Source: a virus (taxonomy: Duplodnaviria; Caudoviricetes). Taken from it: a DNA stretch of 31,080 nt. Both the position numbers and the translations under genes were made by a program. Positions 1 through 8,261 of the stretch are shown in pieces (positions within the stretch are counted from its first letter, which is position 1; each line of letters starts with the position of its first letter). The stretch is taken from positions 1 through 31,080 of the IMG/VR virus record IMGVR_UViG_3300033512_000107; one strand, written 5' to 3'. A model generated the notes under the pieces. The model made no database searches and was not told where the DNA came from. It saw only the letters and a list, made by a program, of their open reading frames with translations.

Positions 1-210
1 TATTTTATATTCATTTATAATAGGATTTAATTTAGGTTTCAAAACCATATTATTTTTATTATTTAATAATAAATTAGGTTTAATTTTTGTATTTGTTAAT
101 TTAACACTTAATTTATTAATTGTATTATTAATTTGTAAATTATATGTTATATTATTTTCTTGTAAAAACTCTTTTATTATATGTTCTAAATCAACTAATA
201 TTTTATTCAT
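1..210 (-). CDS. hypothetical protein, partial (runs off the window start)
   Basis: ATG at 210-208 (MNKILVDLEHIIKEFLQEN...), open frame to position 1, directly downstream of the protease gene. Not in the ORF track because it is truncated. Confidence 0.65.
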   Translation of the reverse strand, partial: MNKILVDLEHIIKEFLQENNITYNLQINNTINKLSVKLTNTKIKPNLLLNNKNNMVLKPKLNPIINEYKI

Positions 211-222
211 ACTATAATAGTA

Positions 223-909
223 TTAATATATAACACATTTATCAAAATCACATTTTACTCTAACTTCACCTAATAAACAATCAACTATATCATTTATTTT
301 TTTATAGTTATTTTCAAAATCATGTAATATTGATGTTTCATATTTAACTGATTCATTGACTTGATATATAAATGCTCCTTGAGTTGAAGGTTCACTTACA
401 AAATCCCAACAAATAATTTCAAAATCATCTTGTACTTCAACAACTCCTTCGGATAAATCTTTAACACTTCCTAATCCTCTACTACTTATACCAACTGTAA
501 CATCATGTTCAAAATATGCTCTTAATATATTACCGTTTGTTGTACCTCTTTTAACAATTCTGCCATTACTATCATAAATATCACTAAGTATATATGTTTT
601 ACCATATACATCATTACCTTTCCACCAAATGTTATTTACTGTTGCACAAGCATGCTTTAAACTTATTACACTTGAATCGGGATGGTCGAGTTCACATAAA
701 GCTCGATTTTCTTTTATTTTAGTATTAATAAATTTATCAATTTCACGTTTTAATAAATGCTTTGGATATTTTCTTTTATTTTGATTTTCTGAATCTGCCC
801 GTTGTATAACACCTTCTCCAATAAGAGGTTTTGTTACATCGTTTTTACCTTCAAAAATAAATTTTTTAGTTGAAGGCATTGTTACATCTACTAATAATTG
901 CTTTTCCAT
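223..909 (-). CDS. prohead core protease (T4 gp21-like)
   Basis: Motifs QRADSENQNKRKYP, ELDHP, VGISSRGLGS, WDFVSEPSTQGAF are typical of gp21-type proteases; lies downstream of the portal. Confidence 0.92.
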   Translation of the reverse strand: MEKQLLVDVTMPSTKKFIFEGKNDVTKPLIGEGVIQRADSENQNKRKYPKHLLKREIDKFINTKIKENRALCELDHPDSSVISLKHACATVNNIWWKGNDVYGKTYILSDIYDSNGRIVKRGTTNGNILRAYFEHDVTVGISSRGLGSVKDLSEGVVEVQDDFEIICWDFVSEPSTQGAFIYQVNESVKYETSILHDFENNYKKINDIVDCLLGEVRVKCDFDKCVIY

Positions 910-1247
910 TATTTTATATTTAATTTATATTCCCCACCTAAAACATATCCTTGTAATTTTTTACCTAATTTAGTTAAGATATATCCTTTTTTATAAGGTA
1001 TCATCATATTTAAAGGAACAAGTTTCTTATCTATGATACTTCTATATTCATCATCTGTGGTATTATATTCTTTTTGTGTAAATCCAATAGTTGACATAAT
1101 TTTCATAAGTAAATTTAATTCTGATTTTGTTAAATCATATTTACTTAATGTTTTTTTTCTGTTATTAAACATTGTGTCCTTTACATCATCATTATTTTCA
1201 GATATTACTTCAATGATTTTATTATCTATATATTTTTTTATATCCAT
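909..1247 (-). CDS. hypothetical protein in head gene cluster
   Basis: 112-aa ORF whose stop overlaps the protease start (TAATG). Confidence 0.7.
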   Translation of the reverse strand: MDIKKYIDNKIIEVISENNDDVKDTMFNNRKKTLSKYDLTKSELNLLMKIMSTIGFTQKEYNTTDDEYRSIIDKKLVPLNMMIPYKKGYILTKLGKKLQGYVLGGEYKLNIK

Positions 1248-1254
1248 TATAAAT

Positions 1255-2106
1255 TTATTTTAATATTTTTTGTAATTCTGGTTTTAATTCTTGTATTCTT
1301 AATAAATTTAATATATTTTCATCAGTAGCAATATCACCTTTAAATATTTCATCTAAACGTTTCGATAATTCAATTAATTTAATTTGAGTACGTTTATCTA
1401 TATTTTTATTTGATATATTTTCTATAATATAGGTTTTAAATGATAATATTTCATTATTGATATTATTTTTTAAAGAAGGACTGTTTGAAATTGTATTAAT
1501 ATATAAATTTAATACTTTTTTCTGTTCTTCATTAAAATTTTCATATTTTTTATTAAATTTTTCTATTAATAGCTTATAACTTAATAAACGAGTCTTTTCA
1601 TCTAATTTTTTAAATTCATATATAACATCCAATTTATTAGTTGTTATTTTATTTGTAACATGCTCCTTAATTGAATTTTTTGATTGTACAACTATTTCTG
1701 GGTCTATTTTTTTATTTATAACATATTCAAATATATTATATATTGAAGCATTTAGTTTATAGTTATTAAATCTTTTTTTAAACAATTCAGTTGTATTAAA
1801 TTGTTCATTTAAATCTTTTATCAAATTATATTTTTCATTATATAATTTTGTTTCATTTATTTTTTTACGTAATTCAAATATTTTTTGTAAAAAATTATCA
1901 AATTTATTTTCATTTAGTTTTGTATCATATATAGTTCTAAATAAATTGTATTCCTTTGACAATTCTGTTTCATTAAAATATTTTTTTAATAACTCTTTTG
2001 CTTTGTTTTCTTCACTTAAATTATTAGACATAATTGAATTGGTTATTACTTCAACCAATATATCAAATAAAATTCCTGTATTTTTAATTTTATTGTGTTT
2101 TGACAT
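1255..2106 (-). CDS. conserved phage hypothetical protein between portal and protease
   Basis: 283 aa. The N-terminus KHNKIKNTGILF resembles the gene commonly found after the portal in large T4-like environmental phages (recalled, not searched). Confidence 0.8.
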   Translation of the reverse strand: MSKHNKIKNTGILFDILVEVITNSIMSNNLSEENKAKELLKKYFNETELSKEYNLFRTIYDTKLNENKFDNFLQKIFELRKKINETKLYNEKYNLIKDLNEQFNTTELFKKRFNNYKLNASIYNIFEYVINKKIDPEIVVQSKNSIKEHVTNKITTNKLDVIYEFKKLDEKTRLLSYKLLIEKFNKKYENFNEEQKKVLNLYINTISNSPSLKNNINNEILSFKTYIIENISNKNIDKRTQIKLIELSKRLDEIFKGDIATDENILNLLRIQELKPELQKILK

Positions 2107-2138
2107 ATAATATTTTTTATATAAATACTAAATAAAAA

Positions 2139-4766
2139 TTATTTAATTATTTGTTTTTGATTAAATTTAGTTGATAATTTTTTTATTATTGAATCTTTTA
2201 TAAATGTATTTTGTATTTTGTTTATTTTTGTTTCATATTCTTCATCTAAATCAGGTTCTTCTTCATCCTTAATCTCTTTATCTTTTAATGGGTCATTACC
2301 TTCACTATTTATTTGTTCTAATCTATAATTATTTTTTGCATCTATTACTAATCTCTCACGTTCTTTTTTAATTTCATCCTCTGTAATATTAAATATATTT
2401 TCATATACCCAATCCTGACTAAATATTCTTAAATCCTTTAAACTATTTGCTATATTTATACGTTGGTCAAGTACTTCCAAACGTTCTAATTCAGCTATTT
2501 GACTTGAACGAGTTAAATTTAAACTAAAATTATAAATTTCTTCAGTTGAAAATCCTTGTGTATATAAATGAATAACCCCAATTTTATTTAATTCACTTTC
2601 TACAATACGTTGTATTCTTTCTATTGTTCTTGAAAATCTTACATCTTGACTACTTAATGTAGATTTATCTCCTGCATTTTCATCAAAACCTAAAAATGCT
2701 TTAGGTATTTTTAAAGATGCTAATAATTTTAATCTTAAATATTCAATATCATCTATTGCATTAAATTCAAGTCCTGGTAATGTATCTATTTCTGTTCCAC
2801 TATTTCCTCCTCTTACAGGTATCACGAAATCTTCCATCATTGAATTTTTTACAAAAAATCCATATTTTAATTCTTCTCCTTCATGAGTACATATTGCAAA
2901 ATTATGATATTTATCAACAGTCATACAATATACATCTTCCTTTTTAGTTAAAAACTCAACTGATAAAACTATACAATTTATATTAATATCTGTTTCATCA
3001 TTTATTTGATATTTATTAAATTCATTTGCTACTATTCCATGTATTAATTCATACTTATTAATTGAAGGATTATACAATTGTTCATATTTATTTATATTTT
3101 TATATTTGGAAGCATGGAAGGGCATCAATGACATTCCAGATTTAACATCACTTGCTTTTATATAATTTCCATCTCTTAACATAATAGGATGTTCCAATTC
3201 AGAATCTAAATAACTACCATCTTCTAATATTATACGTACAATATCAGCATCATTTTTTGTTAAATCACACCATGTAACATTACCAGGTACAATAGCATTA
3301 TTATTATCTCTATCTATTGAATATACAAGATTTTGTTTGCCTTCCTTAATCTCTTCTGCTAATTGTTTTATTGTAATAATTCTTCTGTCAATAAGAGGTA
3401 TTAAAGAATACCATGCTATAGGTTGCATGTTAAATTTTAAATTGTAATCCCCAGTCCTTTCATCCATATAAGGAGCTTTTTTAATATTATTCATAATATT
3501 ATTTATATGAGTTTCAATTTCATTTGTAGGAATATTACCTATATCTACTTTATAAACTCTTTTTTCAGGTGCTCTCATTATACGTTGTATTAACATAGCA
3601 TCTTCTAATAACAATAATTGTTTCCATACTTTACGAGCAGGTTCGAGCATTGAATTATGTACTATAAATCCATTTGCTATAAAATTATGATTATCAGATT
3701 CTACTTGTATATCATAAACATCATCTTCTATATTTAAATTATTTATTGAATCAATAGATATAATAACTTTTTCAAATAATAAATTATCATAAAATGCAAT
3801 TAAATCATTCACTTGTAAATCTTTAGCCATTTTATATACCAATTTATTATTATCATAACTTAATATTGGATGTTCAAGTGTACATTTTATATTATTATGT
3901 TGAGTTTTTATTTCTATAATCTCTTTTTTACCAGAATGTATCATTTTAACAACATTTGATAACTCCATACAGTCATTATTAATATTATATGTCCATACTT
4001 TATCATTTGAAGTTATATCAATAATAGGTTTACATCCATATTCTGTTTCAATATAAGAATCCTTTGTTAGACATCTTCCATACGGCAAAAAGTTTGTATC
4101 ACTTAATAATCTAAAATGTGCTATTTCATAATCATTAAATACAACTGCATTTTTACTATCGTATCTATTTTGAGATAGTGGAATAGTTTGTCCAATTGAC
4201 ATATCGTAAGTAAATAATACTGAATCTACATTTTCAGGACTTTCTATACGTTCAGTTGCATATATGGAAAGAGGATGAGCATTAACAATACCTATTTTTT
4301 CAACTATATCTAATTTTAATATAAAATCCCCATATTTAACTAAATTTCTTACCCAACTCCATAAATTAAATGATATATTTAATACATCACTATATAAATT
4401 CTCTAATGATTTTTTTATATCTTCGTTATTGGTATTTATTGTTATAATATCACCCATAACACTTTTTGTTGTACATTCATCAGAATAAATATCTAAAGCA
4501 GTTGATAAAATACCATCTTTATCCATTGCTTCATAATCTTTATATAAATCAGCTCGCAAAATAGTATATCCATTTGTTTCATTTACATTTAATCCAATAT
4601 TAGTTTTTCTAATACTTCCAGGCTGTTGATATGTAAAGTTTTTCTGTAACACAGAATTGGTATTTAATTTATTAAAATTAATTACCTTTTGTTTATTTTT
4701 GTTATTATTAATAACGACACTTGCTGTAAATAATCGTTTTAAATTACTAAAAAATTTGTTTGCCAT
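2139..4766 (-). CDS. portal vertex protein (T4 gp20-like) containing two inteins
   Basis: Portal motifs YEAMDKD..ALDIYSDEC, LEDAMLIQRIMRAPEKRVYKVDIGNIP, MEDFVIPVRGG, TEIDTLPG, LKIPKAFL. Removing the two inteins leaves 542 aa, a normal portal size. Confidence 0.95.
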   Translation of the reverse strand: MANKFFSNLKRLFTASVVINNNKNKQKVINFNKLNTNSVLQKNFTYQQPGSIRKTNIGLNVNETNGYTILRADLYKDYEAMDKDGILSTALDIYSDECTTKSVMGDIITINTNNEDIKKSLENLYSDVLNISFNLWSWVRNLVKYGDFILKLDIVEKIGIVNAHPLSIYATERIESPENVDSVLFTYDMSIGQTIPLSQNRYDSKNAVVFNDYEIAHFRLLSDTNFLPYGRCLTKDSYIETEYGCKPIIDITSNDKVWTYNINNDCMELSNVVKMIHSGKKEIIEIKTQHNNIKCTLEHPILSYDNNKLVYKMAKDLQVNDLIAFYDNLLFEKVIISIDSINNLNIEDDVYDIQVESDNHNFIANGFIVHNSMLEPARKVWKQLLLLEDAMLIQRIMRAPEKRVYKVDIGNIPTNEIETHINNIMNNIKKAPYMDERTGDYNLKFNMQPIAWYSLIPLIDRRIITIKQLAEEIKEGKQNLVYSIDRDNNNAIVPGNVTWCDLTKNDADIVRIILEDGSYLDSELEHPIMLRDGNYIKASDVKSGMSLMPFHASKYKNINKYEQLYNPSINKYELIHGIVANEFNKYQINDETDININCIVLSVEFLTKKEDVYCMTVDKYHNFAICTHEGEELKYGFFVKNSMMEDFVIPVRGGNSGTEIDTLPGLEFNAIDDIEYLRLKLLASLKIPKAFLGFDENAGDKSTLSSQDVRFSRTIERIQRIVESELNKIGVIHLYTQGFSTEEIYNFSLNLTRSSQIAELERLEVLDQRINIANSLKDLRIFSQDWVYENIFNITEDEIKKERERLVIDAKNNYRLEQINSEGNDPLKDKEIKDEEEPDLDEEYETKINKIQNTFIKDSIIKKLSTKFNQKQIIK
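2844..3422 (-). mobile_element. atypical Pro1, block-F Cys (class 3-like) intein in portal (193 aa)
   Basis: KFNMQ|PIAWYSLIPLID ... ELEHPIMLRDG ... EDVYCMTVDKYHNFAI ... GFFVKN|SMMEDF. Excision restores the portal motif KFNMQSMMEDF. Confidence 0.85.
3654..4073 (-). mobile_element. class 1 mini-intein in portal (140 aa)
   Basis: LPYGR|CLTKDSYIETEYG ... KCTLEHPI (block B) ... VYDIQVESDNHNFIANGFIVHN|SMLEP. Cys1, His-Asn, Ser+1; no endonuclease domain. Confidence 0.93.
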
Positions 4767-4800
4767 AAATATATTTTTTTTATATAAATAAACAAAAATA

Positions 4801-5778
4801 TTATTTAAATACTTCTTTTATTTTATCAATTTGAATATTTGTTAAATCTGTTTGTTTAGGAATATTAGTTATAAGATTTATAATAATATCATTGTTTTTA
4901 TTTGTTAAATTATTATATATTCCTTTTTCATATAAATATAAAGAATTATTATTTGTTCTATTTTGTGTATTAAAAACTATTTTATCTGTTAATTTAATTT
5001 CAGTATCAATAAGCATATCAACTAATGTTACATCTTTATTAATTATTATATCTCCGTTATTTAATAATTTTATATTTTCAGTATTGTTAATTCGTATGAT
5101 AATTATAAGATTACCTATTCTATGAAAACCTTCATTACCTAACGATTTTATTTCTTTTGTTATATATCCGTATTTAAAAAATGATACTGGAAGTTCTGGT
5201 TTTAATGTTATAACTATTTTTTTTTCTTCTTTAATGAGTTTTTTCCCTTTACATGTAGGACATATATCTGTTGCTTGGGTTCCTGTTCCATTACATAATT
5301 GACAATTAACTGTTATATTATTATTAAATGGTACTTTAATATATCCATTACCTTTACACATTGTGCAAGGTTTAATATTAAATCCTCCTACCCCATTACA
5401 ATCTCTACAAATTATATTTCTATTATATGTAATATTTATTTTATATTCAGATAATAAATCCAAAGGAGATAAATATGTTACTGTTTGTATATCAGTTCCA
5501 TTATTAATAGCAAAATTATAAATATCATTATCAAAATTATTTAATATGGTTTCAATATTCATTGTATAACCATATTTATAATCGTATTCTTGTTTTTTTA
5601 TTGGATTGCTTAGTACATCATATGCTTCAGAAATTTCTTTGAATTTTTCTTCCGATTGTACATCATCTAAATTTTTATCAGGATGGTATAGTAATGCTAA
5701 TTTACGATATGATTTTTTTATATCATCAGATGAAGAATATTTATCAACATTTAATATTTTATAATAGTCTTTATTCAT
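4801..5778 (-). CDS. dnaJ: DnaJ-type co-chaperone
   Basis: J domain ([31 protein letters not shown]) and four zinc motifs [32 protein letters not shown]; no clear G/F-rich linker. Confidence 0.93.
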   Translation of the reverse strand: MNKDYYKILNVDKYSSSDDIKKSYRKLALLYHPDKNLDDVQSEEKFKEISEAYDVLSNPIKKQEYDYKYGYTMNIETILNNFDNDIYNFAINNGTDIQTVTYLSPLDLLSEYKINITYNRNIICRDCNGVGGFNIKPCTMCKGNGYIKVPFNNNITVNCQLCNGTGTQATDICPTCKGKKLIKEEKKIVITLKPELPVSFFKYGYITKEIKSLGNEGFHRIGNLIIIIRINNTENIKLLNNGDIIINKDVTLVDMLIDTEIKLTDKIVFNTQNRTNNNSLYLYEKGIYNNLTNKNNDIIINLITNIPKQTDLTNIQIDKIKEVFK

Positions 5779-5815
5779 AAAAAAAGTACTTATATGTTTT
5801 ATATATAAGTACTTT
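5779..5815 (-). terminator. 13-bp stem hairpin with U-tract ending immediately before the dnaJ ATG
   Basis: AAAGTACTTATAT (5783-5795) pairs with ATATAAGTACTTT (5803-5815); T-run on the minus strand at 5785-5779. Confidence 0.6.
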
Positions 5816-5839
5816 AATTAAATAAAATAATTTTTATTA

Positions 5840-6724
5840 TTATAAAATATTTTTTTCTTTTAATAACAAAATAAATGTTTCATTATTTTTTAATTTTAAC
5901 AACGCACTTTTGAAGTGCTTGCTCACTTTTGTTGGTGTAAATACTTCAGTATTATATTTATTATTCAATAATGAGGATACTGTAAACCTATCCTCAATTT
6001 TATTAGATGATAATATCATAAATTTTAAAATCTCGTATTCAATTGGTTCTATATAAGTTAGTAATTCTTTTTTTATATTATCTTCATTTGATACCTCTCT
6101 GAAAATTGAATTATCATCGTCATCCGTTAATATATCGGACAAAAATAAATCATCTCCATTCCAACTCAAAGGAACATCAATACTATTTACATTTATATTT
6201 TCTCCTACTAAACCAACTGCATTTTCAATTTCATATTCAGTTGGCATTCGTTCATTTTCTTTATGGAATTTTGTTTTGAATTTATTAATTTTTTCTAATT
6301 CCCTTCTTTTGTTCCAAGGAATACGTATCGAACATGAATGGTCATTTAGATAATTAGTAGTGTTTAATTTCATATAGTGAACTGCATGTGTAAAATAACG
6401 GTTCCCTGTTATATTATATTTTGGTAATGCTTCGAGAAATCCTAATGATTGTTCTTGAATAATGTCCTCTATATTTTCAATGGCTTGATATTTCTTTGAT
6501 GTTTTTATAATAAACATCAAATAATTATTTAATAATTGCTCAATTGCTTTTTTATCTCCACTTTGAGCTTTTAAAACCAGTTCATTTTCTTGTTTTAATA
6601 TTAATTCATTTTTATCATGTACTGATAAATTATGATTAATTTTATTATCGCTATTTTTTTTGTTTATTTTTCTCACCTCCTTGAAAAATAAGAGAAGACT
6701 GATAGTTTCAGATATTGTTAGCAT
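5840..6724 (-). CDS. divergent sigma-70 family RNA polymerase sigma factor
   Basis: AQSGDKKAIEQL, IEDIIQEQSLGFLEA (region 2.2), SIRIP, RMPTEYEI (region 3), SIDVPL; no region 1.1. Confidence 0.8.
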   Translation of the reverse strand: MLTISETISLLLFFKEVRKINKKNSDNKINHNLSVHDKNELILKQENELVLKAQSGDKKAIEQLLNNYLMFIIKTSKKYQAIENIEDIIQEQSLGFLEALPKYNITGNRYFTHAVHYMKLNTTNYLNDHSCSIRIPWNKRRELEKINKFKTKFHKENERMPTEYEIENAVGLVGENINVNSIDVPLSWNGDDLFLSDILTDDDDNSIFREVSNEDNIKKELLTYIEPIEYEILKFMILSSNKIEDRFTVSSLLNNKYNTEVFTPTKVSKHFKSALLKLKNNETFILLLKEKNIL

Positions 6725-6744
6725 ATTGTATATTTTTTAATTGG

Positions 6745-6935
6745 TTAATTATAAATACTATCTTCAATTGTTTCGATTTTTAATTGTAATTCTTGTAGTT
6801 CTTTACCTTTTTGTATAATTTCATTATACGGTAACATATCCCTATTTTTTAATGAATTAATAATTTCAACTTTTTTAAGCTGAATTTTTTTATATCATTT
6901 TGTAATTTTTCAATCCACTCAATTTCTTCTTTCAT
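6745..6935 (-). pseudogene. small coiled-coil ORF interrupted by a one-base frameshift in an A7 run
   Basis: MKEEIEWIEKLQNDIKK, then in the -1 frame IQLKKVEIINSLKNRDMLPYNEIIQKGKELQELQLKIETIEDSIYN*. The shift is at T7 6885-6891. The upstream leader TTATTAACAATTAAAA matches the leaders of other cassette genes. Confidence 0.5.
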
Positions 6936-6982
6936 AATATTTAGTTTTAATTGTTAATAATAAATACAAGTTTTTATTAATT

Positions 6983-7225
6983 CTAATATTCCACTATTTT
7001 ATTAAATAAATGATTTACGTTTGTTTCATTTTTTAATTCCTCCAAACGTTCAATCATTTTAGATATTTCTTTTCGAATTTCGTCATCTCCTTTAAACTCT
7101 GTATTAACAAAATTAGAATGTGTAATTGATTTTAGTGAATTTATTGCAATTAGTAAATTCATTTCCTGTTCTGATAAATATTTTGTTAATATAATTTTAC
7201 TTGATATATTTTTCATTTTTTTCAT
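6983..7225 (-). CDS. hypothetical protein (cassette gene; real start may be the ATG at 7216)
   Basis: 80-aa ORF directly downstream of promoter repeat copy 1. Confidence 0.7.
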   Translation of the reverse strand: MKKMKNISSKIILTKYLSEQEMNLLIAINSLKSITHSNFVNTEFKGDDEIRKEISKMIERLEELKNETNVNHLFNKIVEY

Positions 7226-7231
7226 AATTAT

Positions 7232-7292
7232 TACAAAGATAAACTATTTATTTCTAAAATACAAATTAATTATTGTTAAAAAATGTTAAATT
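7232..7292 (-). promoter_or_regulatory. repeated promoter, copy 1 (Bacteroidetes -33/-7 type)
   Basis: Minus strand TTAACATTTTTTAACA..TTTG-TATTTTAGAAATAAATAGTT-TATCTTTG matches TTTG(-33)-N20-TAnnTTTG(-7). Confidence 0.88.
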
Positions 7293-7364
7293 TATATTTT
7301 TCAAATTTAATATTAAAAAGATAAATATAATCACAATTTAAATTATATATTGTATATATTATAA

Positions 7365-7874
7365 TTATGTACTATAAAAATTACTTGCTAAATTTTGAGG
7401 AATTAAATTAAAATAATCTAACCCCCATTCAGCTAATTTTTGAATTAATTTAAAATCAAAATCATTCATACATATTTTATTAGTGTCTTTGTTTTGATAT
7501 AAAAATGATGTTCCTGTAAATTCAAAAAACATATTTTCACCAGCTTCTTTAAATGATATACCTAAAAAAGTTTTATCAATTACAATATCCGAAATTTGCG
7601 AATAATCGTAGTTATTTAACTCATAAATATATTCATGTAATTTTAAAATTGGAATGAATTTTTCACCATTAAATTCAATTTCTTTTGTTAAATATGAAAT
7701 AGGTTTTAAAATTAATTTTATTTCTGATATATCTAACATTCCACTTCTATCTTTAAAAAGTAAATTATTATCGACAATTCCATTTACTTTCCATTTATGT
7801 TTATACTTTATTTCAATAACATTAGGTTTATAAGGAATATATAAAGCTAATTGATACAATTTTATTTTTTTCAT
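7365..7874 (-). CDS. hypothetical protein of a family common in Bacteroidetes phages
   Basis: KLILKPISYLTKEIEFNGEKFIP and LAEWGLDYFNLIPQNLA resemble a recurring Flavobacteria phage protein (from memory). Confidence 0.75.
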   Translation of the reverse strand: MKKIKLYQLALYIPYKPNVIEIKYKHKWKVNGIVDNNLLFKDRSGMLDISEIKLILKPISYLTKEIEFNGEKFIPILKLHEYIYELNNYDYSQISDIVIDKTFLGISFKEAGENMFFEFTGTSFLYQNKDTNKICMNDFDFKLIQKLAEWGLDYFNLIPQNLASNFYST

Positions 7875-7906
7875 ATTGATAATTATTTTAGTGATTTATA
7901 ATAATT

Positions 7907-8161
7907 TTATTTGTTCCAATTTTTTCTAACATTATCTAATAAAACATGATGTATTGGTTGATTTTTTACAAGTTCATTTATTATTTGTAAATGATTTCGT
8001 TGTTTTTCATTATCAAACCCACAGTGAATTTCAATAAAATGAGTAGCAAAACTTTTACCAATATAAACTATATAATTTCTTAAATGATTTACTGTTTGTT
8101 CGAGTTCTAACAAACTTACTTTTTTCATTCTATTTATTTGAGACTGTTTTAGTGTTTTCAT
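7907..8161 (-). CDS. hypothetical protein (cassette gene)
   Basis: 84-aa ORF starting about 20 nt downstream of promoter repeat copy 2. Confidence 0.75.
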   Translation of the reverse strand: MKTLKQSQINRMKKVSLLELEQTVNHLRNYIVYIGKSFATHFIEIHCGFDNEKQRNHLQIINELVKNQPIHHVLLDNVRKNWNK

Positions 8162-8178
8162 TGTTTTAAAATTTATAT

Positions 8179-8239
8179 TACAAAGATAAACTATTTATTT
8201 CTAAAATACAAATTATTTATTGTTAATAAATGTTAAATT
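8179..8239 (-). promoter_or_regulatory. repeated promoter, copy 2
   Basis: Plus strand TACAAAGATAAACTATTTATTTCTAAAATACAAATT..TGTTAATAAATGTTAAATT, near-identical to copy 1. Confidence 0.88.
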
Positions 8240-8261
8240 GTATTTATATTAAAATAAAATT

